The translations under genes were made by a program, and so were the position numbers. A DNA stretch of 62,395 bases from Candidatus Hydrothermota bacterium (lineage in GTDB: Bacteria > Hydrothermota > Hydrothermia > B15-G9 > DRBW01), in assembly GCA_021158525.1 (NCBI GenBank), contig JAGGUL010000038.1, positions 1 through 62,395 on the forward strand, written 5' to 3'. The notes beneath the pieces were generated by a model, which was given only the letters and a program-made list of their open reading frames with translations, searched no databases and had not been told where the DNA came from. Of the stretch, positions 34,536-42,711 are shown in pieces (the stretch's first letter is position 1; every line of letters starts with the position of its first letter).

Positions 34536-35365
34536 TCGGCGGCTATCTGAAGCTATTAAGGCCTTTCAATCTGATTATAGCGGGGGCATCGTTTTTCGTC
34601 AGTTTTGTGCTTGCCGGAAAATTTCCCCCATTGAAGGATTTCTTGCTTTCTTTCGGCGTCGTCCTCTTTTTCGCCGGCGGAGGATACGTTATAAACGATT
34701 TCGCGGATATTGAGACCGATCGGGTGGCCCATCCCTCACGTCCTATCCCCAGGGGAGAAGCCGATAGGAATCGAAGCCTCCTTTTCGGGCTGACGCTTTT
34801 TGCCCTCGGCGCCATTTTTGCATTTTCTCTCAAGCCGCTGCCTCGCCTGATCGCCCTTTTCGTCTTTGTCCTCCTCCTTCTCTACGATTTTTATCTGAAA
34901 GATCTGCCCCTTATCGGCAATATAGCCGTTGCCCTCAGCGCTTCTGTCCTCTTCCTTTTCGGCGGAGCTCTCGTCGGCAGGCTTGGGGCGCTGATCTATC
35001 CCGCTGTCTTTGCCTTTTTGTATCACCTCGGCAGAGAGCTCGTCAAGGATGTCGAGGATGTGGCCGGGGACAGGGAGTCTGGAAGGTTTACCCTTCCGCT
35101 TCTCTGGGGTGAGGACAGGACGCTGAAGTTAGCCGGTGTTATTTATCTTTTTCTGGTGTTGCTGACGCCGATCCCGTACCTTGCGGGTGTTTACAATTTA
35201 CGCTATTTTCTTATCGTCTTTTTGGGCGTCGATCTACCTCTTCTCTTCGTGATCTGGAGGTTTTTCACCGAGTTTCCGGACCGAAACTTGAAAAAGGTCG
35301 ATCTTTTCCTTAAAGTAGATATGATTGTGGCCCTTTTTGCCCTTTACGAAGGAGGGTTGGTATGA
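34532..35365 (+). CDS. UbiA-family prenyltransferase (DGGGP-synthase-like)
   Basis: GTG start overlapping the previous stop. Multi-TM. First Asp-rich motif YVINDFADIETDRVAHPSRPIPRGE, second motif LVKDVEDVAGDRESG. Confidence 0.8.
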   Translation: MIGGYLKLLRPFNLIIAGASFFVSFVLAGKFPPLKDFLLSFGVVLFFAGGGYVINDFADIETDRVAHPSRPIPRGEADRNRSLLFGLTLFALGAIFAFSLKPLPRLIALFVFVLLLLYDFYLKDLPLIGNIAVALSASVLFLFGGALVGRLGALIYPAVFAFLYHLGRELVKDVEDVAGDRESGRFTLPLLWGEDRTLKLAGVIYLFLVLLTPIPYLAGVYNLRYFLIVFLGVDLPLLFVIWRFFTEFPDRNLKKVDLFLKVDMIVALFALYEGGLV

Positions 35366-35853
35366 AGATCGGGGTGATTTCCGATACTCACGACAATCTC
35401 GAAGCGATAAGGGAGATCTTTGTCCGTTACGCCGATGAAGGCATCGATACGGTGATTCATCTCGGAGATCTTATATCGCCCTTCGTCGCGAGGATCGTGG
35501 GAGAGCTATTCAGCGGAAAGCTATATCTGGTCCTCGGCAACAATGACGGTGACAGACTGTTTTTAAGGGAAGTACTTGAAAAGGCAGGTTTCGAACTCAT
35601 CAGGAGTCCCGCTGAACTCGAGATAGCGGGGAGGAAGCTGGCAGTCATGCACGAACCGGTCTTTGTAGACGCCCTTGCGAGGTCGGGGTTCTATGACGCC
35701 GTTCTTTACGGACACACTCACAGGACAGATCTCAGGCTCGAGGCGGGAACCCTGGTGCTCAACCCCGGCGAGGCCTGCGGTTACCTGACGGGGAAAGCTA
35801 CCTATGCCCTTTTAGACCTCGAGGCTCTGAAGGCTGAGGTCAGGGAGGTTTAA
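35362..35853 (+). CDS. YfcE/MJ0936-family metallophosphoesterase
   Basis: MKIGVISDTHDN, HLGDL, GNNDGD, MHEP, YGHTH motifs. Confidence 0.85.
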   Translation: MKIGVISDTHDNLEAIREIFVRYADEGIDTVIHLGDLISPFVARIVGELFSGKLYLVLGNNDGDRLFLREVLEKAGFELIRSPAELEIAGRKLAVMHEPVFVDALARSGFYDAVLYGHTHRTDLRLEAGTLVLNPGEACGYLTGKATYALLDLEALKAEVREV

Positions 35854-36315
35854 GTGAACGGACTTGATTTTTTCATAATCGGAATAATCGGTCTGGCTGC
35901 CATAAGGGGCTTCTTTCGCGGATTTGTGAGGGAGTTCTTCTCCCTCTTGGGAATTGCCCTGGGAGTCTATTATGCCGCGAATAAATACACCAGTTTCACT
36001 CGATTTTTTGAGTTTCTGGGGAAGCCCTTTCTGATCAAAGTCATTTCCTTTATCGTCGTTTTCCTGTTGATCTATCTCCTGGTCAGCCTTGTGGGCGTGG
36101 TTATCTCGAAGTTCTTGAAGCTTCTCTTCCTGGGTTTTGCTGACAGAATTCTGGGGATTGTTTTCGGCGCTTTCGAGGGGATGTTCCTCGTGGCGGCCAT
36201 TCTGTACATCTTCACGATGTTTCCATGGGGAGTTGAGATACTTCATGAGAGCAAGACCGCCGATTTCGTATTCACCGTCGTGAGGAGCATTGTGGGGGGA
36301 GGAACGTCCCTGTGA
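35854..36315 (+). CDS. cvpA: CvpA-family membrane protein
   Basis: GTG start. LDFFIIGIIGLAAIRGFFRGFVREFFSLLGIALG, 4 TM, typical CvpA N-terminus. Confidence 0.8.
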   Translation: MNGLDFFIIGIIGLAAIRGFFRGFVREFFSLLGIALGVYYAANKYTSFTRFFEFLGKPFLIKVISFIVVFLLIYLLVSLVGVVISKFLKLLFLGFADRILGIVFGAFEGMFLVAAILYIFTMFPWGVEILHESKTADFVFTVVRSIVGGGTSL

Positions 36316-36545
36316 GCCCCTTTATCGAAGTCGAGACCTATTCCGGGGGGAATGCGGATGAGCATCCCCGCAAGATAAAGATCGAGGGGGTAGAGTACAG
36401 GGTCCTGGACTGGCATCCTCTCGGTACGATTCAGGGCGTTGAGGGCTTCGTGAAGAGAGAGTTTTACGTCGAACTGGAGGAATTGGGAGCCTTCAGGTTG
36501 ATCCATTATCCGGAGGAGGAAAGATGGAGTTTGATCAAAATATAG
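36312..36545 (+). CDS. small hypothetical protein (77 aa)
   Basis: GTGA overlap with cvpA and in-operon position. No recognisable motif. Confidence 0.45.
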   Translation: MSPFIEVETYSGGNADEHPRKIKIEGVEYRVLDWHPLGTIQGVEGFVKREFYVELEELGAFRLIHYPEEERWSLIKI

Positions 36546-36934
36546 ATGGTCTCGTAGAAAAACTTTTGCCCGTGGCTCGAGAGGCTCAGAAAAAAGCCTA
36601 CGCTCCCTATTCTCAGTTTCGCGTGGGAGCCGCCCTTCTGACCGACGGGGGGCGGGTTTTCGCGGGGTGTAATGTGGAGAACGCATCCTATGGTCTCACC
36701 GTGTGCGCCGAGAGGACAGCGGCTTTTAAGGCGATATGTGAGGGGGAGAGGGTCTTCAGGGCTATACTTCTCGTTTCCGACTCCGAAGAGCCGGTCCCGC
36801 CCTGCGGTGCCTGCCTTCAGGTGCTCGCCGAATTTTCCGGGGAAGATATGACGGTCATAAGCATCGGAAAGAAAGGCGACAGGGCCGTTTACAGGCTATC
36901 AGAGCTAATCCCCAGGGCCTTTAAGTTCAGATGA
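36524..36934 (+). CDS. cdd: cytidine deaminase
   Basis: CAERTAAFKAI and PCGACLQVLAEF zinc-binding motifs. 136 aa. Confidence 0.9.
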   Translation: MEFDQNIDGLVEKLLPVAREAQKKAYAPYSQFRVGAALLTDGGRVFAGCNVENASYGLTVCAERTAAFKAICEGERVFRAILLVSDSEEPVPPCGACLQVLAEFSGEDMTVISIGKKGDRAVYRLSELIPRAFKFR

Positions 36935-37748
36935 TTTTCAGGAGCTCGTCGATCACTCTCATCAGTTTTTCGGTCGCCACACCGGCTACTTCGAGCACTT
37001 CCTCGTGGGTTGTGGGTCGCGGGGAATAGGGGTTCGCCAGATTCGTTATGATTGAAAAGCCGAGCACTTTGACCCCCATGTGGTTGGCCACGATTACTTC
37101 TGGAACGGTGGACATGCCCACCGCATCTCCTCCTATTGTCCTGACGAAGCTATACTCGGCGGGTGTCTCGAGGTCGGGCCCCTGAAGGGCCACGTAAACT
37201 CCCCTTCGAAGCGAAACGCCGGCTTTCAAGGCTGCTTCCTCTGCCTTCCCGCGAAGTTCGCGTGAATACACGTCATGGAGGGAAGGAAATCTGGGGCCGA
37301 AGGCATCTATGTTTGGACCCCTCAAGGGGTTTTCGGGCAAGAGATTTATGTGGTCTTCGATCAGCATTATGTCGCCCGGCCTGAAGCGCGGGTTTACGCC
37401 GCCTGCAGCATTGGTGATGATCAGCTTCTTGACCCCCCACAGGGCGAGGACCCTGATGGGGAAGGTTATCTCCTTCATGCTGTAGCCCTCGTAGTAATGG
37501 AATCGGCCGGCGAGGACGGCTATTCTCTTTCCCTCTTTCTCCCCATAAACGAGCTCGCCCGGGTGGCCTTTTACGGTGGAGACGGGGAAGTTGGGAATTT
37601 CGGAGTATTTAGTTTTTCCCTTGACCTCGAAGAGTTCGCTCAGCCCGCCGAGTCCGGACCCGAGGACGAGCCCTATCTCGGGAGCAAAGCCCGTTTTGCT
37701 TTTGAGGTGTTCAACGGCATCGATGTATTCTCTCGGTATTCCTTCCAT
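36927..37748 (-). CDS. purine nucleoside phosphorylase (PunA-type)
   Basis: ORF 36927..38000 trimmed to ATG 37748 (AGGAGGAGAA-ATG; MEGIPREYIDAVEHL). GLVLGSGLGGL, FPVSTVKGHPGELVYG, GRFHYYEG, VGMSTVPE. Confidence 0.9.
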   Translation of the reverse strand: MEGIPREYIDAVEHLKSKTGFAPEIGLVLGSGLGGLSELFEVKGKTKYSEIPNFPVSTVKGHPGELVYGEKEGKRIAVLAGRFHYYEGYSMKEITFPIRVLALWGVKKLIITNAAGGVNPRFRPGDIMLIEDHINLLPENPLRGPNIDAFGPRFPSLHDVYSRELRGKAEEAALKAGVSLRRGVYVALQGPDLETPAEYSFVRTIGGDAVGMSTVPEVIVANHMGVKVLGFSIITNLANPYSPRPTTHEEVLEVAGVATEKLMRVIDELLKII

Positions 37749-37756
37749 TTCTCCTC

Positions 37757-38068
37757 CTATAGAGGTTTGCCTCCGAGGCTTATCCCGAGCCTGAAAAGGG
37801 TTGCCACGAGGAAGTATTTTACGAAGAGGATGAGCAATATCGCGATTAGCGGCGAGATATCGATCGGCGTGTAAAACAATCTCAGGGTTCTCCTTATCCA
37901 GAACAGAAAAGGGTCGGTGATGGCCCTGAGAAATCGAACGATGGGATTGTAGGGATCGGGATTCACCCAGGAGACCAGTGCCCTTATTATGATCACCCAC
38001 ATGTAGAGGGTGAGAGCGATGTCGAGCACCCTGGCTGTCGCCACAAAAAGGTTGCCTATTATGAACAT
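37757..38068 (-). CDS. yggT: YggT-family membrane protein
   Basis: LYMWVIIIRALVSWVNPDPYNPIVRFLRAITDPFL. Confidence 0.85.
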   Translation of the reverse strand: MFIIGNLFVATARVLDIALTLYMWVIIIRALVSWVNPDPYNPIVRFLRAITDPFLFWIRRTLRLFYTPIDISPLIAILLILFVKYFLVATLFRLGISLGGKPL

Positions 38069-38069
38069 T

Positions 38070-38741
38070 TCAGCTCCTTTCTCCGAAAATCGCCCTTCCT
38101 ATCCTGACGATGGTTGCTCCTTCCATCACTGCCCACTCGAAGTCCTCGGTCATTCCCATGGAGAGAATCGGCAGGTCTATAGCGAATTTTTCCTGGATTT
38201 TGTCCCTCAACTCGCGGAGCAGTGCGAAAGCCTTTCGCGAATTTTTCTCTGAAGGGGGGTAGGGGCCGAGGGTCATCAGGCCTCTGAGTTTTAAATTTTC
38301 AAGGCTGAGGCACTTTTCGACGAGGCTCTCCGTTTCTTCGGGTTTTACCCCGTGTTTTTGTGGCTCCATGGATGTGTTCACTTCGATGAGCACTTCGAAC
38401 GGGGTTTCCGCCCTCCTGTTGATTTCCTGGGCGAGCTCGAGAGAATCCACCGACTGTATCATCGAGAACAATCGCAGGGCTTTTTTGACTTTATTTCTCT
38501 GAAGGTGGCCGATCATGTGCCATTCGGCATTTCCCCTGACCAGAGGTATCTTCCTCTCAGCCTCCTGAACCCTGTTCTCGCCGAGGAGGTGGAGGCCGGC
38601 TTCGATGGCTTCTTCTATCCTTTCCGGATCGACTCCCTTTGTCGCTCCCAGTATGCTGACTTCGTCGGGATTCCTGCCGACGATGATCGCTGCCTTCTGG
38701 ATCCGTTCCCTCACTTCCTCAAGCCTTTCTTTTACTTTCAT
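38070..38741 (-). CDS. yggS: YggS-family pyridoxal-phosphate homeostasis protein
   Basis: ILGATKGV, HLLGENRVQE, WHMIGHLQRNKVK, MGMTEDFEWAVMEGATIVRIGRAIFG. Confidence 0.9.
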   Translation of the reverse strand: MKVKERLEEVRERIQKAAIIVGRNPDEVSILGATKGVDPERIEEAIEAGLHLLGENRVQEAERKIPLVRGNAEWHMIGHLQRNKVKKALRLFSMIQSVDSLELAQEINRRAETPFEVLIEVNTSMEPQKHGVKPEETESLVEKCLSLENLKLRGLMTLGPYPPSEKNSRKAFALLRELRDKIQEKFAIDLPILSMGMTEDFEWAVMEGATIVRIGRAIFGERS

Positions 38742-39162
38742 TTATCCTCTCCTCGATGAAAGAGATGACCTCATCGCGGTTTCCTTCGACCATTAAATAG
38801 ATCCCCCGAAAGTTCTCGAGCCTCCTGGGCCTGCTGAAAGGGCTCAGAAATATCCCGTTTTTGTCTGCCTCGTATCTCTTTATCTCGGCCCAGGGCCTTT
38901 TGAGGGTATAGAGGGGCCTTTTGATCGTTATTTCCTTCTCCGTCAAGATATATTTTGTGGGCGTGTAAAAGGCCGAGAGGGATCCGAGGAGAAGGAGAAG
39001 GCCGAAGAGAGCCCAGTAGAGTCCCGCGAAAATATAAAGGAGAACGCCTGTCCCCAGAAGGGCTATGACGAAGATCATCAGTTTCTTCCCTCCCTTTTTT
39101 ATCGGCAGGACCTGCCAGCTTATTTCCCTCTCGGTCATCGGAGCTATTTTATCCTCGGGCAT
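38719..39162 (-). CDS. hypothetical membrane protein (two TM plus a PH-like soluble part)
   Basis: 147 aa, LMIFVIALLGTGVLLYIFAGLYWALFGLLLLLGSL. In operon with yggS/yggT. Confidence 0.6.
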   Translation of the reverse strand: MPEDKIAPMTEREISWQVLPIKKGGKKLMIFVIALLGTGVLLYIFAGLYWALFGLLLLLGSLSAFYTPTKYILTEKEITIKRPLYTLKRPWAEIKRYEADKNGIFLSPFSRPRRLENFRGIYLMVEGNRDEVISFIEERINESKRKA

Positions 39163-39177
39163 TGCGTTAAGTCAAGG

Positions 39178-39206
39178 TTGACAGGCAAAAGGCTACCGGA
39201 TACTTA
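39178..39206 (+). promoter_or_regulatory. candidate sigma70 promoter of rlpA (leaderless-type)
   Basis: TTGACA-17 nt-TACTTA. Only 8 nt (ATTAAAAG, no SD) separate the -10 from ATG 39215. Confidence 0.45.
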
Positions 39207-39214
39207 ATTAAAAG

Positions 39215-39586
39215 ATGAGGAGGATATTTCTAATCTCGGCTTTGATTTTCCTCGCATCATGTGCTCCTAGCGGCCATCAATGGGTGGAATACGGGATCGC
39301 GAGCTGGTACGGACCCGGTTTTCACGGCAAAAGAACGGCTTCGGGCGAGGTCTTCGACATGTACAAACTGACCGCGGCACACAATCACCTTCCCTTCGGC
39401 ACGATCGTCGAGGTGACCAATCTGGAGAACGGCAAGAAAGTGACGGTCAGGATAAACGATCGGGGCCCTCACAAACGGGGAAGGATAATCGACCTCTCCT
39501 ACAGAGCTGCTCAGAAGATAGGATTGATAGGACCTGGCCTGGCGCGAGTACGAGTGAGAGTCTTGAAATGGGGAAAGCGGCCTTAG
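39215..39586 (+). CDS. rlpA: RlpA-like septal-ring lytic transglycosylase (DPBB domain)
   Basis: GIASWYGPGFHGKRTASGEVFDMYKLTAAHNHLPFGTIVEVTNLENGKKVTVRINDRGP. Confidence 0.85.
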   Translation: MRRIFLISALIFLASCAPSGHQWVEYGIASWYGPGFHGKRTASGEVFDMYKLTAAHNHLPFGTIVEVTNLENGKKVTVRINDRGPHKRGRIIDLSYRAAQKIGLIGPGLARVRVRVLKWGKRP

Positions 39587-39619
39587 GGGCTTCCTCGACA
39601 TCTTCTCCTCCTGAGGATG

Positions 39620-39654
39620 GGGGTGGTGCTCGGCAGCACCACCCCTCTTTTTTT
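39620..39654 (+). terminator. rho-independent terminator after rlpA
   Basis: GGGGTGGTGCT-CGGC-AGCACCACCCC followed by TCTTTTTTT. Confidence 0.8.
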
Positions 39655-39973
39655 ACCTTAAAAGCATGAACTTCTTTGCCTCTCTCCCACTCCCTGCCCT
39701 GTATTCCAGAAAGTACACTCCGCTTTTCATCCCCTTAAGGTCATTTTTTCGATTACCCCATAGTTTTTTCATATTTTTAACTTTCTCCAGCACATCTCCT
39801 GCAAGTCTCCTGATCCACTCCTCAGGATTAGACTTCGCAACCTCCTCAAGCTCCCTGAGTGCCTATTTTTTACCCATCTCCTCCAGAAGATCTATCGCTT
39901 TAGTCTGTAAATGGTCTTTGAATTTCTTCTTTTGCTCCCTTATTTCTTCTTCCGTCATATTCTCAAGACCCAT
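39653..39973 (-). pseudogene. decayed gene fragment ending in a T9SS C-terminal-domain tail, with an in-frame TAG
   Basis: Manual minus-strand translation: MGLENMTEEEIREQKKKFKDHLQTKAIDLLEEMGKK*ALRELEEV...KGMKSGVYFLEYRAGSGREAKKFMLLR*. The last 23 aa match the CTD ends of the two intact cargo proteins in this window. Confidence 0.4.
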
Positions 39974-40063
39974 GTAACCTGCCCAATCTACCGACCAGTT
40001 TTTTTTTCACTTTCAGCTTTGGACCTCTAAGGCTAATCATTAACATCAAAACACGTTTCCCCC

Positions 40064-41080
40064 TTACCTTTGTTTCAATTCGTATACGATGATAGTTGAG
40101 TTGTCTTTCCATCTGTAGCCCAACCTTGCCGGCATCAGTCCAGGCGGTAACTCCGCCAACCTCCTCAAATCCGTCCCATCGATATTTACGACATAAAGAT
40201 AAGCCTCTGTTTCCTTATCCCTGATCGGATCCACTTTAGCCCAGTAGTAAGCTATTTTCTGGCCGTCAGGACTCCACTCGTAGTCGCTTCCCAGCAACCT
40301 CGCCAATGTCCTGAATTCACTTCCGTCGACTTTCCCCAACCAGACGTTCCCCTCCTTCGAGTTGAAGACGATCCACTTATCATCGGGGGAGAAAGATTTC
40401 CAGAGATCTCCTCCTTCGGCGAGGAGCCAGTGTGTATCTTTTTCTACGTCGTATATCCACAGGTAGGGCCTGAAAGGAGCCCTTTCTCCCTCGATCCTGT
40501 TATATGCGATATACCTGCCCGTATTCGACCAGACTAATCCCTGCCATTTCTTCCATTTACCGATTTTTTTCTTTATCCTTCCATCTCTGCTGATCAGCCA
40601 GAAGTAATAGCCTTCGTCAGGAATCAGTTCTCCGAATAATGCGATCCATTTCCCATCGGGCGAAAATCTGGGAGGGCTCGCTATAATTCCCCTTGTGCCT
40701 TCAAATGACAACAGGGTTTCGGTTTTGTTATGTGATATGTTATAAATCGCTAACTTCTTTTCCCAATCCCCGAATTTTCGAAAACTGAACATATAAATAA
40801 TCTCACTACCGTCGGTGTTAAAGTCGGCGATGTGAACCCTCTGGTAACCGAGAGGGCCGTAATTCCATAGATAAATTGAGCTCTTTTCGCTGAAGAGGAA
40901 ACAAAAAGTTTTCGCTGTCCTGTCGAGAAAGGCGAGGACTCTGTAGTCTTTCGAGCGGGCCGCAAATTCCAGGTTGAGGCCTTTAACTTCAGGGACTCTG
41001 AGGATTGTTTTCTCTATTTTTACCGCTTTTGTCTCTGCTCCGAACAGGGAAAACAGCAAGAAGTATATTGACGGCAGCAT
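40064..41080 (-). CDS. TolB-like periplasmic WD40/PD40 beta-propeller protein
   Basis: Signal peptide MLPSIYFLLFSLFGA. Repeated PD40 motifs FSPDGKWIALF, FSPDDKWIVFNS, WSPDGQKIAYY. AT-rich gene. Confidence 0.75.
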   Translation of the reverse strand: MLPSIYFLLFSLFGAETKAVKIEKTILRVPEVKGLNLEFAARSKDYRVLAFLDRTAKTFCFLFSEKSSIYLWNYGPLGYQRVHIADFNTDGSEIIYMFSFRKFGDWEKKLAIYNISHNKTETLLSFEGTRGIIASPPRFSPDGKWIALFGELIPDEGYYFWLISRDGRIKKKIGKWKKWQGLVWSNTGRYIAYNRIEGERAPFRPYLWIYDVEKDTHWLLAEGGDLWKSFSPDDKWIVFNSKEGNVWLGKVDGSEFRTLARLLGSDYEWSPDGQKIAYYWAKVDPIRDKETEAYLYVVNIDGTDLRRLAELPPGLMPARLGYRWKDNSTIIVYELKQR

Positions 41081-41244
41081 AATTCCCTCTTTTCTAAAGT
41101 TTAGCCTCAGGGATTTTTCAGGTCAACTTTCCGGATCACTCTGAATGATTTGCACAGATGTATAAGGCTAAGGCTGATCGCCAGTGGGGATTCCCTGAGC
41201 TGATCAGCTTTTTATTTATTTTAGATGGAGAGGAATCCAATGTG

Positions 41245-41273
41245 TTGAAAAGGGCGGTGCTTCTCGTTAATAT
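41245..41273 (+). promoter_or_regulatory. candidate sigma70 promoter of tRNA-Thr (and the downstream mutase gene)
   Basis: TTGAAA-17 nt-TAATAT, 15 nt before the tRNA 5' end. Confidence 0.5.
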
Positions 41274-41288
41274 ATAAACCTGACTGAA

Positions 41289-41361
41289 GCCTCCGTAGCT
41301 CAACTGGTGGAGCAGCTCATTCGTAATGAGCAGGTTGGCGGTTCGAATCCGCCCGGGGGCT
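41289..41361 (+). tRNA. tRNA-Thr (anticodon CGT)
   Basis: Hand-folded cloverleaf: acceptor GCCTCCG/CGGGGGC, D arm GCTC-AACTGGTG-GAGC, anticodon arm GCTCA-TTCGTAA-TGAGC, T arm GGCGG-TTCGAAT-CCGCC, discriminator T. CCA not encoded. Confidence 0.9.
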
Positions 41362-41373
41362 TAAAGGCTGAAA

Positions 41374-42711
41374 GTGAAAAATTTATTATTCAGCGTTTCG
41401 GGCCTGAGAGGCATTGTTGGGGACGGGTTGAATCCCCTCAATACAGTTCGATATACAGCGGCCTTTGCTTCCTGGAACGGGAAGGGATTGTATCTTCTCG
41501 GGAGTGATACCAGGCCCCACGGGGATGTGTTTGTCGATCTCGTGAAGGCGACGTTGAGGGCGCTCGGTAACGATGTCGTCGATCTCGGGATCGTCCCCAC
41601 GCCGACCCTTCTTTACCTCGTCAGGAAGTGGGAGGCTCAGGGCGGCGTTATCGTCACGGCGAGCCACAATCCGATAGAATGGAACGCCCTGAAATTCGTA
41701 AAAAAAGGGGGAATTTTCCCATCGGACAGGGAGAAAGAGGACATAGAGAAAGGACTCGACGGTCCCTTTAAATGGGCACGCTGGGATGAGGTGGGCGGCT
41801 TTCTTGAGGATTTCACTGCCTGGACCGAACATGTCGACGATATATTGACATCTCCCTACGTCGATGTCGATTCGATAAAAAGCAAAAATTTCAAAGTTGC
41901 CGTCGACGCCGTTAACGGCGCTGCTCATGAAGCTCTTCCCGCCCTTCTTGAAGAGCTCGGGACAGGTGTTGTGCGCCTGAACTGCAGCCCCGAATCCCCT
42001 TTTCCCCATAAGCCCGAGCCACGTCCCGACGCCCTTGTCGAGCTCGATGCCCTTCTGAAGGCCGGGAGCGTAGATATAGGCTTTGCGGTGGATCCCGATG
42101 GGGATCGGCTCCTTTTGGGCATAACGGGAAGGGGCCTCCTTTCGGAAGAGTACACCGTTCCCCTCGCCGTCTATTCCGTCTTGATGAGAAAGAAAGGAGA
42201 CGTGGTCGTCAACTATTCTTCCTCACTCCTCACGGACCGGGTTGCCTCGAAATTCGGCGTAAAGGTCTATAGGGCGAGGGTAGGGGAGGCCAACGTGGTG
42301 GAAAAAATGAGGGAAGTCGGTGCCCTGATCGGCGGAGAGGGAAACGGTGGCGTGATTTTCCCAGAGATAAACTCGGCGAGAGATTCCCTGGTGGGTGCGG
42401 CCCTTATCCTGAGCCTGTTCAGTAAGCGGGGTTTTGAAGTTATCGATGAATTGCCGCAGTATCATTTGATCAAGAAGAGCTTTCCTGTGAAGGGAAAGTT
42501 TCAGGCTCAGAGGCTTGCCGCTTGTTTTGAGAACGGTCAGGTGAGCCTCGAGGATGGCCTCTACGTGAGATATGAGAATTCCTGGGTCCACATCCGGCCT
42601 TCCAACACGGAGCCCATAATCAGGGTCTTTGCAGAAGCAGAATCGAGTGAGGATGCAGAGAATCTCGTTAAAAACGCTGAAGATGTTTTAAAGAGAGCTG
42701 GCCTTCTCTGA
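41374..42711 (+). CDS. phosphohexomutase (phosphoglucosamine/phosphomannomutase family)
   Basis: GTG start. LFSVSGLRGIVG, active-site loop VTASHNPIEWNALKF, metal loop FAVDPDGDRLLL, GGEGNGGVIFPE. Confidence 0.88.
   Translation: MKNLLFSVSGLRGIVGDGLNPLNTVRYTAAFASWNGKGLYLLGSDTRPHGDVFVDLVKATLRALGNDVVDLGIVPTPTLLYLVRKWEAQGGVIVTASHNPIEWNALKFVKKGGIFPSDREKEDIEKGLDGPFKWARWDEVGGFLEDFTAWTEHVDDILTSPYVDVDSIKSKNFKVAVDAVNGAAHEALPALLEELGTGVVRLNCSPESPFPHKPEPRPDALVELDALLKAGSVDIGFAVDPDGDRLLLGITGRGLLSEEYTVPLAVYSVLMRKKGDVVVNYSSSLLTDRVASKFGVKVYRARVGEANVVEKMREVGALIGGEGNGGVIFPEINSARDSLVGAALILSLFSKRGFEVIDELPQYHLIKKSFPVKGKFQAQRLAACFENGQVSLEDGLYVRYENSWVHIRPSNTEPIIRVFAEAESSEDAENLVKNAEDVLKRAGLL

Noticed and set aside
37749-38000. 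N-terminal extension of the PNP ORF to 38000
   Set aside because: It overlaps yggT in another frame. ATG 37748 has a perfect AGGAGG SD and gives the canonical PNP N-terminus.
39666-39977. 103-aa + strand ORF
   Set aside because: It is low-complexity (S/L/F/P-rich) and is the shadow of the minus-strand CTD-remnant frame.
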